64,000 bases of DNA from Amoebidium appalachense (Eukaryota > Protista > Ichthyosporea). Positions 11,842 through 25,882 of this stretch are shown here, one piece after another. Each line of letters begins with the position of its first letter. Within the stretch, counting starts at the first letter, position 1. Location: assembly GCA_963693365.1 (NCBI GenBank), contig CAVNZM010000005.1:5835167-5899166 (forward strand), given 5' to 3'. The position numbers and the translations under genes were made by a program. The notes under the pieces were generated by a model. It searched no databases. It saw only the letters and a list, made by a program, of their open reading frames with translations, and was not told where the DNA came from.

Positions 11842-13878
11842 TGTCTAAGACAGTGTCACAAGTTGCCAACAATGAGCAGCACCAGACAAATCCAAGGCTC
11901 CAGCCACCAATCTCTTGCAAAACGGCAAGTTACCACAGAAGCCAAGCACAAAGAAACAAACAAACGAAGAAGAGAAAAAAAGACGACGAGAAAAGAAAAG
12001 GAAAGAAAAGAAGAGGAATTGAGCCCCCGATGTTGTGCGCCCAGATGCCATTGTGTGGCTGGGTGGGTGGACGAGGTGTTGGATTGGTTTCTTTCTTTCC
12101 TTATTTCCTTCCTCTTTTCTTCTTCTTCTTCTTCTTCTTCTTCTTTTTTTTTTTTTTTTTTTTTTTGTGGGGGGGGGGGGGGGGGGGGGGGGGGGGAGGG
12201 GGGGGAAGGGGGGGGAAAATAGGGAAGCACCAACGAGAGAAGGTAAACATGTATGTCTTTTGTTTGCTTTGTACGGGTAAATTTTTATTAAATACACACA
12301 GGAGGGGGAGGTGGGGGTTCTTACTGTAATTTTCGTATGTGCTTCTTGTTGGTACCCCCCGGTCGGCCCCACACCCGAAATTTGTTGCTGACGGGAACAT
12401 TTCCAATGTAGAGCTGCATGCCGTCTGCCTCAAAGTGGCCCTTGGTGACGTGGGTGGTACATTTGGTGCGGAACCCCAGCTTGTGTTGCGTGGGCATAAA
12501 TCTGTGGGGATGTAACATTTTATTTTAAGCGGAGTTGTTTTGTGATGATTTGGGCTACGCGGCGTTGCCAAAATGATATGGATGTGTGTATTTGTCATTT
12601 AAGCTTCTGGGCGTGGAAGAGGGAATGTACTTCTGTAAATTACACGCTTTGTTTTTGTGTGGCTGTGCACGATTTTACCACGTTTAGACCGCAGCAAACG
12701 TCCAACAAACGTGAGTTCTTGTCGACTTAATTTATGGTGCGTACGAGGGCACATGTATGTGTGTGTGTGTACGTGTGCGGGTGTGTGTGCGCGTGCGCGC
12801 GCGCGCACGCGCGCGTGCGTGCGTGTGTGTGTGTGTGTGTGTGCGCGCGCATGTCTGTGGTGTGTGCATGTGCACGTCTGGGCTTTCGTCAGTGACACTG
12901 TGCGCCTGTGTCGGTATGTGTGTATGTGTGTGTGTGTGCATGTGTGTGTGCGTGTGTGCGTGTGTGCGTGCGTGCGTGCGTGCGTGCGTGCGTGTGCGTG
13001 CGCGTGCACGCGCGCGCGTGCGCGCACTGTGTGTGTGTGTGTATGTGTGTTTGTGTGTGTGTGTGTGTGTGCGCGTGCGCGCACGCGCGCGCTCGTGTGT
13101 ATATATGTGGTTCTGACAGGAGGTATGCAAGCTGTTGTTTGTGTGACGTGTGCCTTCCCCTGAATGGTGGGGGCGTGTTTCCTAAACCCAAGAGCCTTTA
13201 GGTTCTTCTGCTGTTGACCATTTGTGTGCAACCGTAAAGACTCCCTGCGCACCTGGTGACACGTTTCCTCACGTCTTCTTTCTGCAAAGCGTCACAGGTG
13301 ACACGTTTCCTCACGTCTTCTTTCTGCAAAGTGTCACAGCGAATCACCGAGCATTCTAATCTGAGAAGCAAAAAGCTACAATAAAAAGCTATAATATCAA
13401 TATATAAAAAACGCTTGTGCAACCGAAAAAAGCAGCATTCTGACCTTGCATTGTGTCCACACACAGAATGCCCATGAGCATCCCGAAGTGCAGATTTCGG
13501 CGAGATAGATGGGGAAAGTGGATGATATGATCAGAGAAAAACTCACGTTTTTCGTCCAGCACGGAAACTCCTTGCAGCCCGCTCAGCAGAATGCACAGCA
13601 AAACTCTCCGTCTTGCATTCTTTATCCGCACGCAGGCAGGGCGACAACACAGTCACCTCATATGAATACTCGGTGACTGGACTGTCTGTTTTTTGAAAAT
13701 CAATCCGAAAAACCGGTTTTGGGGGTTCCGCCCCCGTCCGTGCGCAGTACGTGCACACGGTGAATGCAATGTGACGCGCACACCATGGCAAGTTTCCTAA
13801 GTCTATATAGGCCCACTTCCCTGAGATTATGTGCTCGGGTACGCGGATGAACGTGGTGTCAGAGCTGTCCTGGCCCAT
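11842..13878 (-). pseudogene. Possible decayed multi-exon gene
   Basis: Coding-like islands at 13543-13878, 13200-13350 and 12325-12501 (bounded by cacAG and GTAAGA). I could not join them into an intact frame. Confidence 0.25.
13256..13338. repeat. Tandem duplication, period 42 bp
   Basis: gtgacacgtttcctcacgtcttctttctgcaaag occurs twice. Confidence 0.9.
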
Positions 13879-14768
13879 TTTCCTGTGAATGCAATGACCC
13901 TAACATGACGTGTGAATGGATCTAATGTATGCACAACATGCGTTACAAAAGGTTTTAAACTTAGTTAGCTCAACATAGAGGGGAAATTTCACTGCTCTAG
14001 AAAAGGAGGTGGATGCTAAGAGCTGCCTGTATGCGTTTCAAGTAGGTCCATTAAACGGATGGTGACAGTACAACATCTGAACAACTTGGCCACCCAAGTC
14101 AATACGAAACTACATACCCCCTCTTTTTACCTATTGAGTAAACAAAACTTTGGGCCAATCAAATGTATGTATTTAGTTTAAGATCAGATCATGAGATCAG
14201 CCCTGGGAAACTTTGTCCCGATGAGCCAGTATTAGCCAAAAAAGGCTAATCCGGATGTGTGGGCCCCGCCGCTATCCCGGCAGTCACTCAGTGTGCGCTG
14301 GCACGTTTACAACTTGCAACAAACAAAAAAAATTGTACCCCGGGCCTTTGATATTTATGTAGTCATTTTGTATGCCACACGTATACTGACCGGTATATAT
14401 AACCCAGCCGGCGTTAGTCAGCCTAAAATATGTTTTCGGTAGGATCGAATGGAACAGCTGAACTCTTTCAGTTTGAAAGGGGGGGGGGGGGAGTAAACAT
14501 CGACGTCCCCCCTGGTGGTACCCTCCTCCTCCCCTCCCCCCTCCCCCCACCCCCCCCCCCGAGGGGGGAGGGACCCACCTAGCTGGAGGGGATGGTGGCC
14601 CCCCCCCTCCCCCCCCCCTACCCCCCGGCATGCGCGTGATTATGGCCGGCCTCTTTCCCACCCACCAAAGGTTATATTCGTCACTTTTTTTCTCTCCTTC
14701 TCTTTCGGAGGAATTGCCTCCGTTTTGGCCACTGATGCATATCCCAAGCCCCCCCCCTCCCTTCCCCC

Positions 14769-14799
<31 letters not shown>

Positions 14800-14836
14800 A
14801 CATTCACGCACACACACACACACAAACACACGCCAT

Positions 14837-14869
<33 letters not shown>

Positions 14870-14914
14870 CACAACGCGCACAAACACCCACACACGCGCC
14901 CGTGCGCGACATAT

Positions 14915-14978
<64 letters not shown>

Positions 14979-15449
14979 ACACTTCCCACCCGTTCATGCC
15001 GGTGCTATTCTTCTGCCGGATGCATTACTTAATCCCCCTCTCCCTCTCTCCCCCTCCCCCTCTCCCCCTCCTGCCCCTCCCGCCCCACTCATGATCCACC
15101 CCCCCCCTCCCTCACGCTGCTCATTTACACAAGTACATGCATGTACACACGCGCACGCACACACGTACACCTACACACAACCCCCCCGCCCCCCCCCCCC
15201 CACACACACACACGTACACACATGCAACGTTCAACTATTTCTACGTTATTATGAATTATTGTGGGCAAGGTTATCATGCTCACTGTGCGGTGTTGGTGTG
15301 TTGCAGGGAATGTATGTGTGTGTGTGGTGTGGGTGAATGCATCTGCATGTTCATGTGTATGTCGGGTGCTCCTTGCTCAGTCAAAGTTTTTGCACCTCGT
15401 GTGCGTGAGTGACACGTGCGTGTGCAGGTACGTGTTCATTGAATACGTG

Positions 15450-15772
15450 TGAAAGTGTGCGCGTGTGTGCGCGCGCGGTGTGGTAACTGGAGACGAGTGG
15501 GAAAAGGGGAGGGGGAGGGGGGGGGACAGGGGCCCCGAGGGGACCAGGGAGGGGGGAGGGGGGAGGGGGGAGGGGAGACTCCCGGGCATATGACCGTACG
15601 GCATATAGCCTGAGTTTCAGGTGATCAAGGACTTCTATTAGTGAGCCTCAATGTTTGTGTTTTGGCATTGACAATGTAATACTATGTAAACCGCAGTGAT
15701 AATAGTACTAATATATCATCAGGTTATCTGATATAAATAGTCAAATGATGGCAGCTTACGGGGGGTGGGTGG

Positions 15773-15826
<54 letters not shown>

Positions 15827-16559
15827 TTCAAAATCAAGAATCCCTTGCATGGGCGCAACCAGAATCATTGCCAGTCACGTGGGCGAGCGAGCATAGTGCC
15901 CAATACTACATGTGCCACTTGAACAATACTGCAGCGTGGCATCATTATGGACGGGTTTGTTGCACTGTGGCATCATGATCATGCGGCGCGCACGCACCTG
16001 TACATGCATGGACATACATCAGGTGTACAGTCATCATATTGGTTGTGCACATACACGTGCACATGTCTGCCTGCGCGATGCATATGGCACATATACAGGT
16101 GCCAGCGAAATACTGCCGTTAGCAATTGTTTGGACTGGATGTTATTAGACAGTCATCATTATTATTATTAGTATGCACACAGCATCTGCAGCATACTTCT
16201 TTATTATATTTTAACAGATAGCATACCATGATCAGCAGGTGTGCTGAATACCTACGTATACTATCTACTATGTGGTCGGTACTCTTTTGGTCTCACGTCG
16301 TGGATGTTGAGAAAAGTGTATAAACAACCAAATTTAGTAGGAATATATAAACGGAATCGACTTCACTGTGGTCCTGCAGCCGCGCAGGCCTGTGTTATAT
16401 GGTATAGTAATCAGACAGCACTGAGCGTGTGTTCTTGATTCTGATAATGAACCCCGGGGTTGGGGGGACTCCAGTTGTAGTTTTTATCTCCCCCCCACTC
16501 CCCCACCCCCCCTCCCCTCCCGTTTGAACAGGTGGTCTGTTGGGTCCCCCTTCCCCTCA

Positions 16560-16590
<31 letters not shown>

Positions 16591-16965
16591 TCCCCGTCCT
16601 CCCGGGGCTCCACCCCCAGGCCACCATTCATATGACTATATTTGTAATTAGATAACCCGGTAATCATATAACAGTAGTGCTATGATTTAGCAGTGGTATA
16701 GTATATTCCAAAAACCGTTACTTTGGAGCCTCTTGCTCGGACAGGACTCTTTGATCATGAGTCACCTGAAACCCAGGCGTGGCACCATACAGTCACAAGA
16801 GAGCAGGCAAGCCCCCCCTCCCCCCCCCCCCCCCCCTCCCCCCCCCTCCCCCCCTTCCCCTCCCTCCCTCCCCGGGGTCCCCTCACTCCCTTCGCAGGCC
16901 TGGGAGGGACTCGCAACCAGTCTCCCCATGGCCGTCGCGCATACACACACAAACACTTACTTTCG
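15450..16965. mobile_element. Degenerate long inverted repeat (foldback/MITE-like element)
   Basis: Reverse complements of 15589-15630, 15680-15755 and 15451-15500 match ~16760-16797, ~16620-16705 and ~16909-16963, in nested order. Confidence 0.6.
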
Positions 16966-17936
16966 CCGGATTTAATACCCAGGCGGGGGGCAGGGGGTGG
17001 GGGGGTGGGGGGGGGGCCCACGGTACTGCTGATGGGAGGGGGAGGAGGGGGGGGATAGTTACCAGTACCACCCCTCAAAGAAGGGGGGGGGGGGGGGGAG
17101 GGGGGGGGACATCGATATTTACTACTCCCCCCCCCCCCCCCCCCCTCCCCCTCGCCCCTCCATCGTGGCACATTTCAAATTTTAAAATCCCATGGCATGT
17201 ATTCCAGCATCGGGCCGCGGTACCCCATATAATTGGAAAACGTGAACACACAAGCTTGGCTGGTAGCTTGCTGCGTTATTAGTATCTCATGGAAGTCAGG
17301 CTACCCTTGCACAGTCCCTCCCCCCCCCAACACACACACACCGTGTGGCACACACACACACATGGCAAAACACGGAGCTTCCACTTCTGGCCCCTCTGAA
17401 AGTTTTAATTATCGGGCAAACCAAGTGCACAGATTCGGTGCATGCTCCAAATGTATCGTGCATGCGTTGCGGGATTACTGATAATCATTACATTTTGTTA
17501 TGTAGATACGATTGTTTAAATTAGTGTGGACCCTCCCCCCCCGCCTCTCTTGTGTACGTGTTGCCTCTCCGGCTCTCTCTTTTCAGGGCACACTAGGCAG
17601 GTTTTGGAAGGAAAGGAGGCCGAGAGAGGATTGGGGGGGGGGGGGGGGGGGGGGGGGAGGGGGGGGGGGAGCACAGGCAGTGGCAATACATCTGACACGC
17701 TGGGTACCGGGCAAACTTTACTCAATGATTTATACTGTACTATTCATGAAAACAGGCTTTACGCTTTCTTTTTTCAGCATACATTTTCACTCATAGGCCC
17801 CCCTACCCCGTATTCCCTACCACGTCTTCCCCAGTGATAACCAACAGGTTTACACGGCCTATATTTTGGGAAACGGTGGGAGCACAGCCCCTCGTGTGCA
17901 TGTGTGGCTTACTGTGTTTTCCAGCATGGCCACACA

Positions 17937-17963
17937 CTAGGCGAGGGGCGCCGCAGGCGCCCC
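17937..17963 (-). mobile_element. Helitron-type 3' terminus
   Basis: Minus strand reads GGGGCGCC-TGC-GGCGCCCC (perfect 8-bp hairpin), TCGC, then CTAG followed by T. Confidence 0.5.
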
Positions 17964-18032
17964 CAAGCTATACACATTACGGATTTATAGGATAACTATA
18001 CACCCATGCCTCACTTGGGTGGACGCTTAGAC

Positions 18033-18136
18033 AAGAAGGACAAAGATAAAACTACTAAATCAAACTTAGCCGAATATAGGAGAAAAGAAGGACAAAGATA
18101 AAACTACTAAATCAAACTTAGCCGAATTTAGGAGAA
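18033..18136. repeat. Tandem duplication, 2 x 52 bp
   Basis: aagaaggacaaagataaaactactaaatcaaacttagccgaat... occurs at 18033 and 18085. Confidence 0.9.
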
Positions 18137-18479
18137 AATCTATCACAAAGAACCCCTCCAAGCGGGGGGTCTCGCCTGGAAGGGAATCTACATGGGTACG
18201 AAAAGAAGCTAATGTCTGATATTACACCCCAGTTTGCGCCCAGTTTGCAGTCTTAGTGGACAGCAGAAGCCTTTATAATGAAAGAATCCAAGCAAGTATC
18301 CCTCCCCTCCCCCCCCCCCCCCCCCCCCCCCCTCCCCAAACACACACTCACACAGCAACGACCCAGAAAAGGAAAATAGAACCCAGAAAAGAGGCAGAAA
18401 AAAAAAGAGGTGCCACTAAAAAGGCCCACACTTAGTGGAGAGATCAACTAGCCCCCATGCACCCCTGGACTCAGGCCGG

Positions 18480-20968
18480 GCACTGCTCAGCACGGTGCCC
18501 AATGGTCTCGCAATTTGCACAGGCAAATGCCCAGCAGTGATCTGGCCCCCGCACCACAATCTCCCCATCTAGAGGCACTTCTGCATGCTCTCGCGCTGGG
18601 CAGCTACCAGCTTCTTGTTGGTGCAGTAGTCGAGGTACACGGTGGCGAGGTAGAACGCATACGGGTCCGGGTATCACACAGTTGCTTTGCAGCGCTCGGC
18701 AAGGCTGTTCCAAATCTCATGCGAAACTGTGTCGTACTGATGCTGTCTTTTGAGCTGCTTGCACAGGCGCGCGTTGTAGGCATCACAGCGCGACCGATTG
18801 GTTGCCTCCGACCGATTATGCTTGTGTTGCCGTCCTTGTGCAGGGTTGAAGTGAAAATTATCGAACATCAAATATCGCTTGATTTGACCGGTGCGATGCA
18901 GGAACCAGCGGGGCTTGCCATGTGCAAGGTCGCGAGGAAGGGCCTCGGGAGCCTTAGGTCGGCGCGGTCCATAGTACATGGCCAGTTGGGGCACATCCAC
19001 CTCCTGTGGTTTACACGAGTCAATTTTTGGTTTACAGGAGTACGGGACTCAAAAGGGTTGGGGGTGTTTTTCTTTTTTTCTTTTTTTTTTTTTTTTTTGG
19101 GGGGGGGGGGGGGGGGTTGGTTGGTTGGGGGGGGGGGGGGGGTTGAATGCGTCAAAAATTACGAAGTACACAAGAACAAACGGATAACACGATGCAGAAT
19201 GCAAGCCATACATAAAGAGTATGCATAATAAGCAGAGCCCATCCTCAGGGGGGGCCCACGTCATCCACAATACCCGAGTTTCAAATTATTCACCTCGTTA
19301 ACAAAACCCAACTCGGATACTTTTTCACTTGAACATGGGTAGGTCACCCGTCTTGATCAGAGACGAGCAGGGTTGCTTATGCAGGCAAGGGCAGTGGGAA
19401 AAGCCGGGGGTTAAAGTTGCAGCAGTAAGCAGAAGCAAGAAAAATATAGATAGGAACTCAGGAGACGGGGCTTCTAGGAAGCTCCCCCGTCGCTACCTAA
19501 GTCGATACTTCCCTGGCTAACATACTACACCAGCTGAAAAGAATTAAGTCCCGAAGGCCGCAGAATTCGCAATCAGAGGGGAAATGATTTGACCCACACC
19601 GCAGGGTAGTAACACGCTTACTAGGGCGGAACTTTAAAGTCTTTGAACGGAAAGCTATGCCCCCGGATGTCAGCCGGAAATATGGTATCACCCATTGCTT
19701 TGGGCTTGAAAAAAGCCAAATCGATAGTCCGAGTTATGTTACGCCGGCAAGTAACATGCCGATGGGTTCCGAGGGAACTGTCGCCAACAGAGCGGTGTGT
19801 GCATGCGTGCGCGTAACGCAATATGTGAAGTGTGTCTATAGCTATGAGAGGGGGTATGCAGAAGTGGACAGATGAAGTGTGTGGAGAAAAAAACAGTAGG
19901 AAGAAAAGTAGACACCGGTGTGTGCAACCCCGCACAACATACACACACACACACACACACACACATAAATAAGCGAAGATTACAGGTAATCAAGCAGAAC
20001 AACAAGTGACAAGCAAAACAACAGGCGCCAAAAAAAAAAAAAAAAAAAAAAGAGAGAGAGAGAGAGAGAAAGGGGGGGGGCGGGAGGGGGAGGGGGAGGG
20101 GAGGGGGAGGGGGGTCTTAGGGATGCTGCAGAATCGTCAGATATTAGACAAATCGTACAATAGGATCATTCTCTCATATATGAGAGAAGATTGTGACTAA
20201 CGATGTGCAGAGCTGGTTAAGACCTGTTGAGTGTGCAGAGGAAATGGGAGGGGAAGGAGGAGGGGAAGCGGGGGGGGGGGGGGAAGGGGGGGGGGGGGGG
20301 GGGGTGAAGTAAGAGAGGGGAGGGAATGTTAGAGTGTCAGGAGTCTCAGGGGACCGTAAAGAGTCGTTAGATATCAGACAAAAACGCACCAACGACCAAG
20401 TTCTCCAAGGGGAGAAATGCGTAAAACGTTCTGCAGAGTGGGTTAGAGACCTGCTGATGAGAAGAGTGTATACAGGGTTTGGCCAGGGGGGGGGGGGGGG
20501 AGGGGGGGGAAAGAAGGTAGGAAAGGGGGGGGAGGGGGGAAGGGGGGGTACCGGGGAGGGGGTATTTTTAGTCGGATCATCTGCGGTCAAGGTTGAATGG
20601 GTGTCTGGGTGGGGATGTTGGGTATGGGGACTTTTTTTTTTTGGGGGGGGGGGGGGGAGAGGGGGGAGAGGGGGGATAGTGTAAAGTGCAATTGTGGCTT
20701 GTGTGAGAGGATGTGTGCGAGCCTGCATACATGTACACATGTGCATGTATATGCATAAATACATGATGTATGCTATGTGTGACGTGTATGTGTGTGTGTC
20801 TCTATCTCCCTCTATCTCTCTCTGTGTGTGTGTCTGTGTGTGTGTATGTGTGTGCGTGTGCGTGTGCGTGTGTGTGCTTCCAGGTGTGTCTGTTTGTGTG
20901 TGTTTTTCACGATGTGCGCATGCGCGTGCGAGGCATGTGCATGTGTACGTGTGTGTGCGTGTGTGTGT

Positions 20969-21021
<53 letters not shown>

Positions 21022-21403
21022 TAATCTTACATGTATGTTTGAGTATGCGTGCGGGCGTGCATATGTGTGTGTGTACAGAAAGTCCCTGTGTGCTATTACA
21101 TATAGCTGCAATGTCTGGCAATGTCTGGGCTCATACACCACATCCATGCCACACAGCGTCATACAACAGCGAAAATCTCCGTTTTTTCCTTTTTTTACGA
21201 TTTGCTGCTCCAATAGGAAAAAAATTACCTGTTGGGCAAGTAAATTTATTATATCCGTAGGAGGGTTCTCGGGGAAGGATTCGACGGTGCTGTAATAGTG
21301 GTTGAAGCCAACCCCACACTCAACACCTCGTCCTGGTCAGGGCCCTCCTCTTCCTCCACCACCTCGGCATCTGTGTGTAAGATGGGTGATTCGAGGCCCA
21401 AAT

Positions 21404-21447
<44 letters not shown>

Positions 21448-21626
21448 CCACCACCACCACAAAAAAAAAAAAAAGAAAAAAAGAAAAAAAGAAAAAAAAA
21501 TCCCTGGACCCAATCCCCACTTCCACTTTCTACTAAAGGCAAAAATCAAAGGTGCATCCAAAAAAATCCTTTTCTTTTCTTCTTTTATTCTTTTCTTTTC
21601 CTTTCCCTTTCTTTTCTTTTCTTTTC

Positions 21627-21657
<31 letters not shown>

Positions 21658-21660
21658 CTT

Positions 21661-21701
<41 letters not shown>

Positions 21702-22799
21702 CGGGGGGGGGATACACAGATAGGGAACCAATACATTCAATGGCCGTGGTGACCACATAGATGGGCAGTGTGTGTGTGCGTGAGTGGTTGAGAGCGTGTG
21801 GGTGTGTGTGGGTGTGTGCGCACCATGTTTGCACATGTGATGTGGGCGAGAGTGTGTGCAGTGTCCACGTGTATGGGAGAGATTGGGATCCAAAAAAGGA
21901 AGGATGGGCAAAACACAGAGACATACCCTCCGTTACATCTGCTGGCTCTGTGTCCATCATTGTATCGTCCGCACTGCCCTCCCCTGGTGCATCCCCCGTC
22001 GCGTACGGTCTCGACTCTTGTGCACCTGCACATAGTAGGGTCAATAATAAAGGGACACACGATTTGAATGTTTCAAACATCAGCAAGGGGGATGATGATG
22101 TGCCTTTGCAAGGGCCGAACGTGCCACACTCGGAAGGGGGGGGGGGGGGGGGGGGGGGGGGGTAGGCAGACGTGAGAGGATTATATGCTGCTAAGGGCTG
22201 AACACACACACACACGCTCACACACAAAAACCCACACACACAAACACGCACGTGCGCACGTGCACACACACGCACACGCACACACACACACACAAACACC
22301 CCCCCCCCCACCCCCACACACCCACACCCACACCCACCCACCCACCCACCCACCCACCCACCCACCCACACCTTGTGAAAATGCGGCATGGGGCAACTGC
22401 AGCTCAGTATGAAAAAACATCTGAAGGGGCCAGAAGTGGAAGCATCGGACAAAACCATCGGGTTTGGCATTGCGCTTGCGCCCACGGTACTCTGGGCAAC
22501 TACAGGAGAAGGAGACAATGCGCCCATTCTTATCAGAACGGGTATAGACAACACGGAACCCAGTGGGATCATCAAGCACACCCCCATCGTCTGCACTTGC
22601 CTGCAACACCACCGTGCACTGCAAGAGGCAGATAATAAGCAGGTGTCTTCCTTCCCCTCACCCTTGCCTACGCCCCCCCAGGAACACAAATTTCTACTGC
22701 CCACCTATCCAAACCAACTCAATCACGCACACATACTGACACAGACACAGACACAGACACAGACACAGACACAGACAGATACACATACACAGACTCACA

Positions 22800-22881
<82 letters not shown>

Positions 22882-22940
22882 CAGCCAACCGGTCGCACAT
22901 ACTCCTTCAAACCATAGTGTTTTTAGGCCCTTACCCCCCC

Positions 22941-22971
<31 letters not shown>

Positions 22972-23031
22972 ACAAAAAGAAGTCCACACCCCTCCAGCAG
23001 TAAAGAGCGGCAACCTAAACAGCGACACCTA

Positions 23032-23062
<31 letters not shown>

Positions 23063-25882
23063 CACCCCCTCCCCCGGAAAGCCACCACAAATACGATGAC
23101 TCATATCAGGCACCCTTGATCTTAGTTCGTAATGGTGCCCATAATCCTACAAGCCCTCGAGCCCATTGCCACAACCTTACACGCCCATCCAACAACAAGC
23201 ACATGCACCTACATAGCACCCAGTCGGGTTTCCTTTGCCATCAAGCACCTTCTGCACCTGGCTGAACCCGAGGTGCTCTGCACCCTCCTCAATCATCCGC
23301 TGCCGACCCAGAAGCCCCGGGCTCCAAAGGCGCAATGCCTTTTCCTGGCCAGCAGGGCTGCATGCTGGCTGTGCATCGGCACCCTGCTGGCCCCCTCACA
23401 CCTGGGCAACCATTCCCCGAGTTCTGATCCTGCTGCTGTGCTGCCTGCAGGTGGCTTTGGTATTTTTTCTCAAGGAAGCTGGCCCAGTGGGGGGGCACCT
23501 TGCAGCCAACCGTACGTGGCTTGCCAAGCTCTGCAGAAACCCTGCAAGTAAGCCAACTACATACATGTGCCGAAGAACAGGGCATGCACATGTCTTTGAT
23601 AGAGTATTTTGGGAAGGGGAAGATGAGCGCTAGAGAGCGGAAAGAGGGATGGGGGCTGTTTGGGTTTAACCTTTTGATGTGTATTTAATAACCTTGCAGC
23701 AAGAGAGGGCTGGAGGTGAGTGCAGAGAAGGAGACGTACCAGGGAGGAGGAGGAGGAGGGGGGGGGGGGGGGGGGGGGATGCTTGTGCTCAGGCCCAGAA
23801 AGCGGGGTGTGTGAGTGCGGGGAGCAAGTGGAAGACGGATTGGTAGAGGAGGGAAGAATAGGGGAAGGGTACTAGTGGGCAACCTTCCACACCACTTTGA
23901 AAATTTCATATCACTCCACGGCATGGAACGCCACACATAACAGCGAGAAAGCAGGGAAATGGGGGGGGGGGAAGGGGGGGAAAGAGGGGGGATCAGAATG
24001 TGCTGCCGTACCTACATGTTCGAGGGGGGAGGGGGTGGGGGAGCAATGGGTTTGGGACTAAAGTTTCGAAAGATTTGATGCATATGAACAAAAACTAAGG
24101 GGCAAAATCACTCACGAACTGGAAAAGATACATCGAAGGGGAAGAACGATACAAAGGGAGGAGAACGGTAAAGGAGGGAGAGAAGGTGGGGTAGAGGGAC
24201 AGTTTGGGGGGGAGGAGGGGAGGAGGGGGAGAAGGGGAGAATCATTGTGTTCCTCCAGTATGAGGGGGAGGGGGTTGGAGGGGGGGGGGGGGGGGGGGGG
24301 AGGGGGGAGGGGAAGGGGGGGGGGGGGGGAGGAGACGGTAGGGTGCATGCTTGTCTTCTCAGAGTCATAGAGTCCAAAGAGGAAAAGGGGGATGGGGGGG
24401 GGGGGGGGGGGAAGAGAGGGGGGGGAGGGGGGGAAGTGAGAGAGAGGGAGGGAGGGAGGGAGGGAGGGAGGGAGAGGGAGGGGGGAGGGGGGAGGGGGGG
24501 GGGGTTTGCATACTCTCCCAAGTCGAAGCCACTTTAATATGGTGGCACCACACTGGCCCATCTGATGTGCCCACACGTGCAGCCATTGCACCGTTGCAGT
24601 CTTCACTATCACATTCTCCAAATACAAAAGCGTTGTTGTAGTAGTAGAGCACAACCATCCTCCTGTGAATCTCATGTTAGTTGAAGCATGGTATGGAGGC
24701 TGTTTCTAAGACACCTCATGTACTTGCTTCGTGTCAGTGATCCCCTTCCCCCCCCTCACCCCACCTCCCCCCACCTCCCCCTCCCCCCCCTCCCCAAAAA
24801 AAAGGCAGAAAAAATCATACATATAAAGAAAAGGCCCCACGAGCACCAAGAACAATCACTTGCCAAGCACACAGGCACACAAGCCCACAAGCAGGCAGCA
24901 AAACAGGCAGGCAGCCACAGGTGCAGGAATGCACACAGGGCAGAAGGACACAGGCAGGCATGCGCAAAGCAGGCAGGCAGCCAGAAGACAGGCACACGGG
25001 CAGAGGCATCTACCGTTGGCAAGTACACACAAAGGCGGACAGGTAGCCGGGCACACAGGTGGGGACTCGCACAGAGATGGAGGCAGGTAGGAGAAAGAAA
25101 GAGAGGGAGGTGGGGAGGACACCCATAATAGTCGGTCAGTCAACAAAGGTGTAACAGGCACACGCCCTAAAGCACACACACGTATGCACCACAAAAAATG
25201 TGTAAACCTGCTTTACATACCGTCGATCGGGCCTCTTGGGTTTCTGCCCTTGACAAGAAAAATGCGCCGGCTGTAAGATCCTGCCGCTGGGCTAGCTCCC
25301 TCCTCCGCAGCCGAAACCAGTGATATCATCTCGCGCTGCTCCTTTGGCAACGGCAGACTACCAGTGCAGACTTCAACTACCGGCTTGTTCATGCGATACC
25401 TGCGATCGGTTTCCTGCTTTTGCTGCAGAGTTTGCTCAAAATTGGCAACCAAAGCAATACTTCGTACTCTGTGCCAGCAATTCGTAGCAGTCGAAGCAGA
25501 GTCGGAAACTCGTGGTACGGTTTGCATATGACTCCTCAACCTTACGACGCCGCTTTCTCTGCTCGTCGTTGAGCTCACTCTCGGGTTTACGCTTATTCAA
25601 ATTCAGCTCGCGTGCGCGCTGCAGCTGTAGCTCCTTTTTTCGCTTTTGAGGTAGTCCCTTTTCGTTACCCCGTAGCAGGTTGGTTGTATCGCGAAGGTGA
25701 TTGCCAAAAGCGTTCTCTCGTGCTTCTTTGTGCGGAGCATGTTTAGGCACATTTTCCTCCCGTTCACCGCCATTTTCGGTGTCTGGGTTCATAGACACAT
25801 CCTCTTGCTCGTCGTTGCCTACTGTTCCTAGAAACCCAAGCCCTAGAAGTTCTTCCAATACTGCCAGAAGTTCTCGGTCCAT
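18480..25882 (-). pseudogene. Decayed multi-exon SWIM-domain, KDZ (Kyakuja-Dileera-Zisupton)-like transposase
   Basis: CxxC..CxxC ORF at 25436-25882. SWIM-type FSCSCPEY...RCFH in exon ~22372-22625. The block ~18560-19000 (FDNFHF..QHKH..CDAYN..DTVSHEIWNSL..) resembles the KDZ C-terminal DxFH...H...E.N pattern. In-frame stops are present. Boundaries are approximate. Confidence 0.5.
19143..19390 (-). mobile_element. Family 1 element, divergent copy with complete structured core (19228-19380)
   Basis: Shares ataagcagagcccatcctcagg and cccgtcttgatca.agacg.gcagggttgcttatgca with 35978 and 43380. Ends GCATTCAA against poly-C. Confidence 0.8.
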
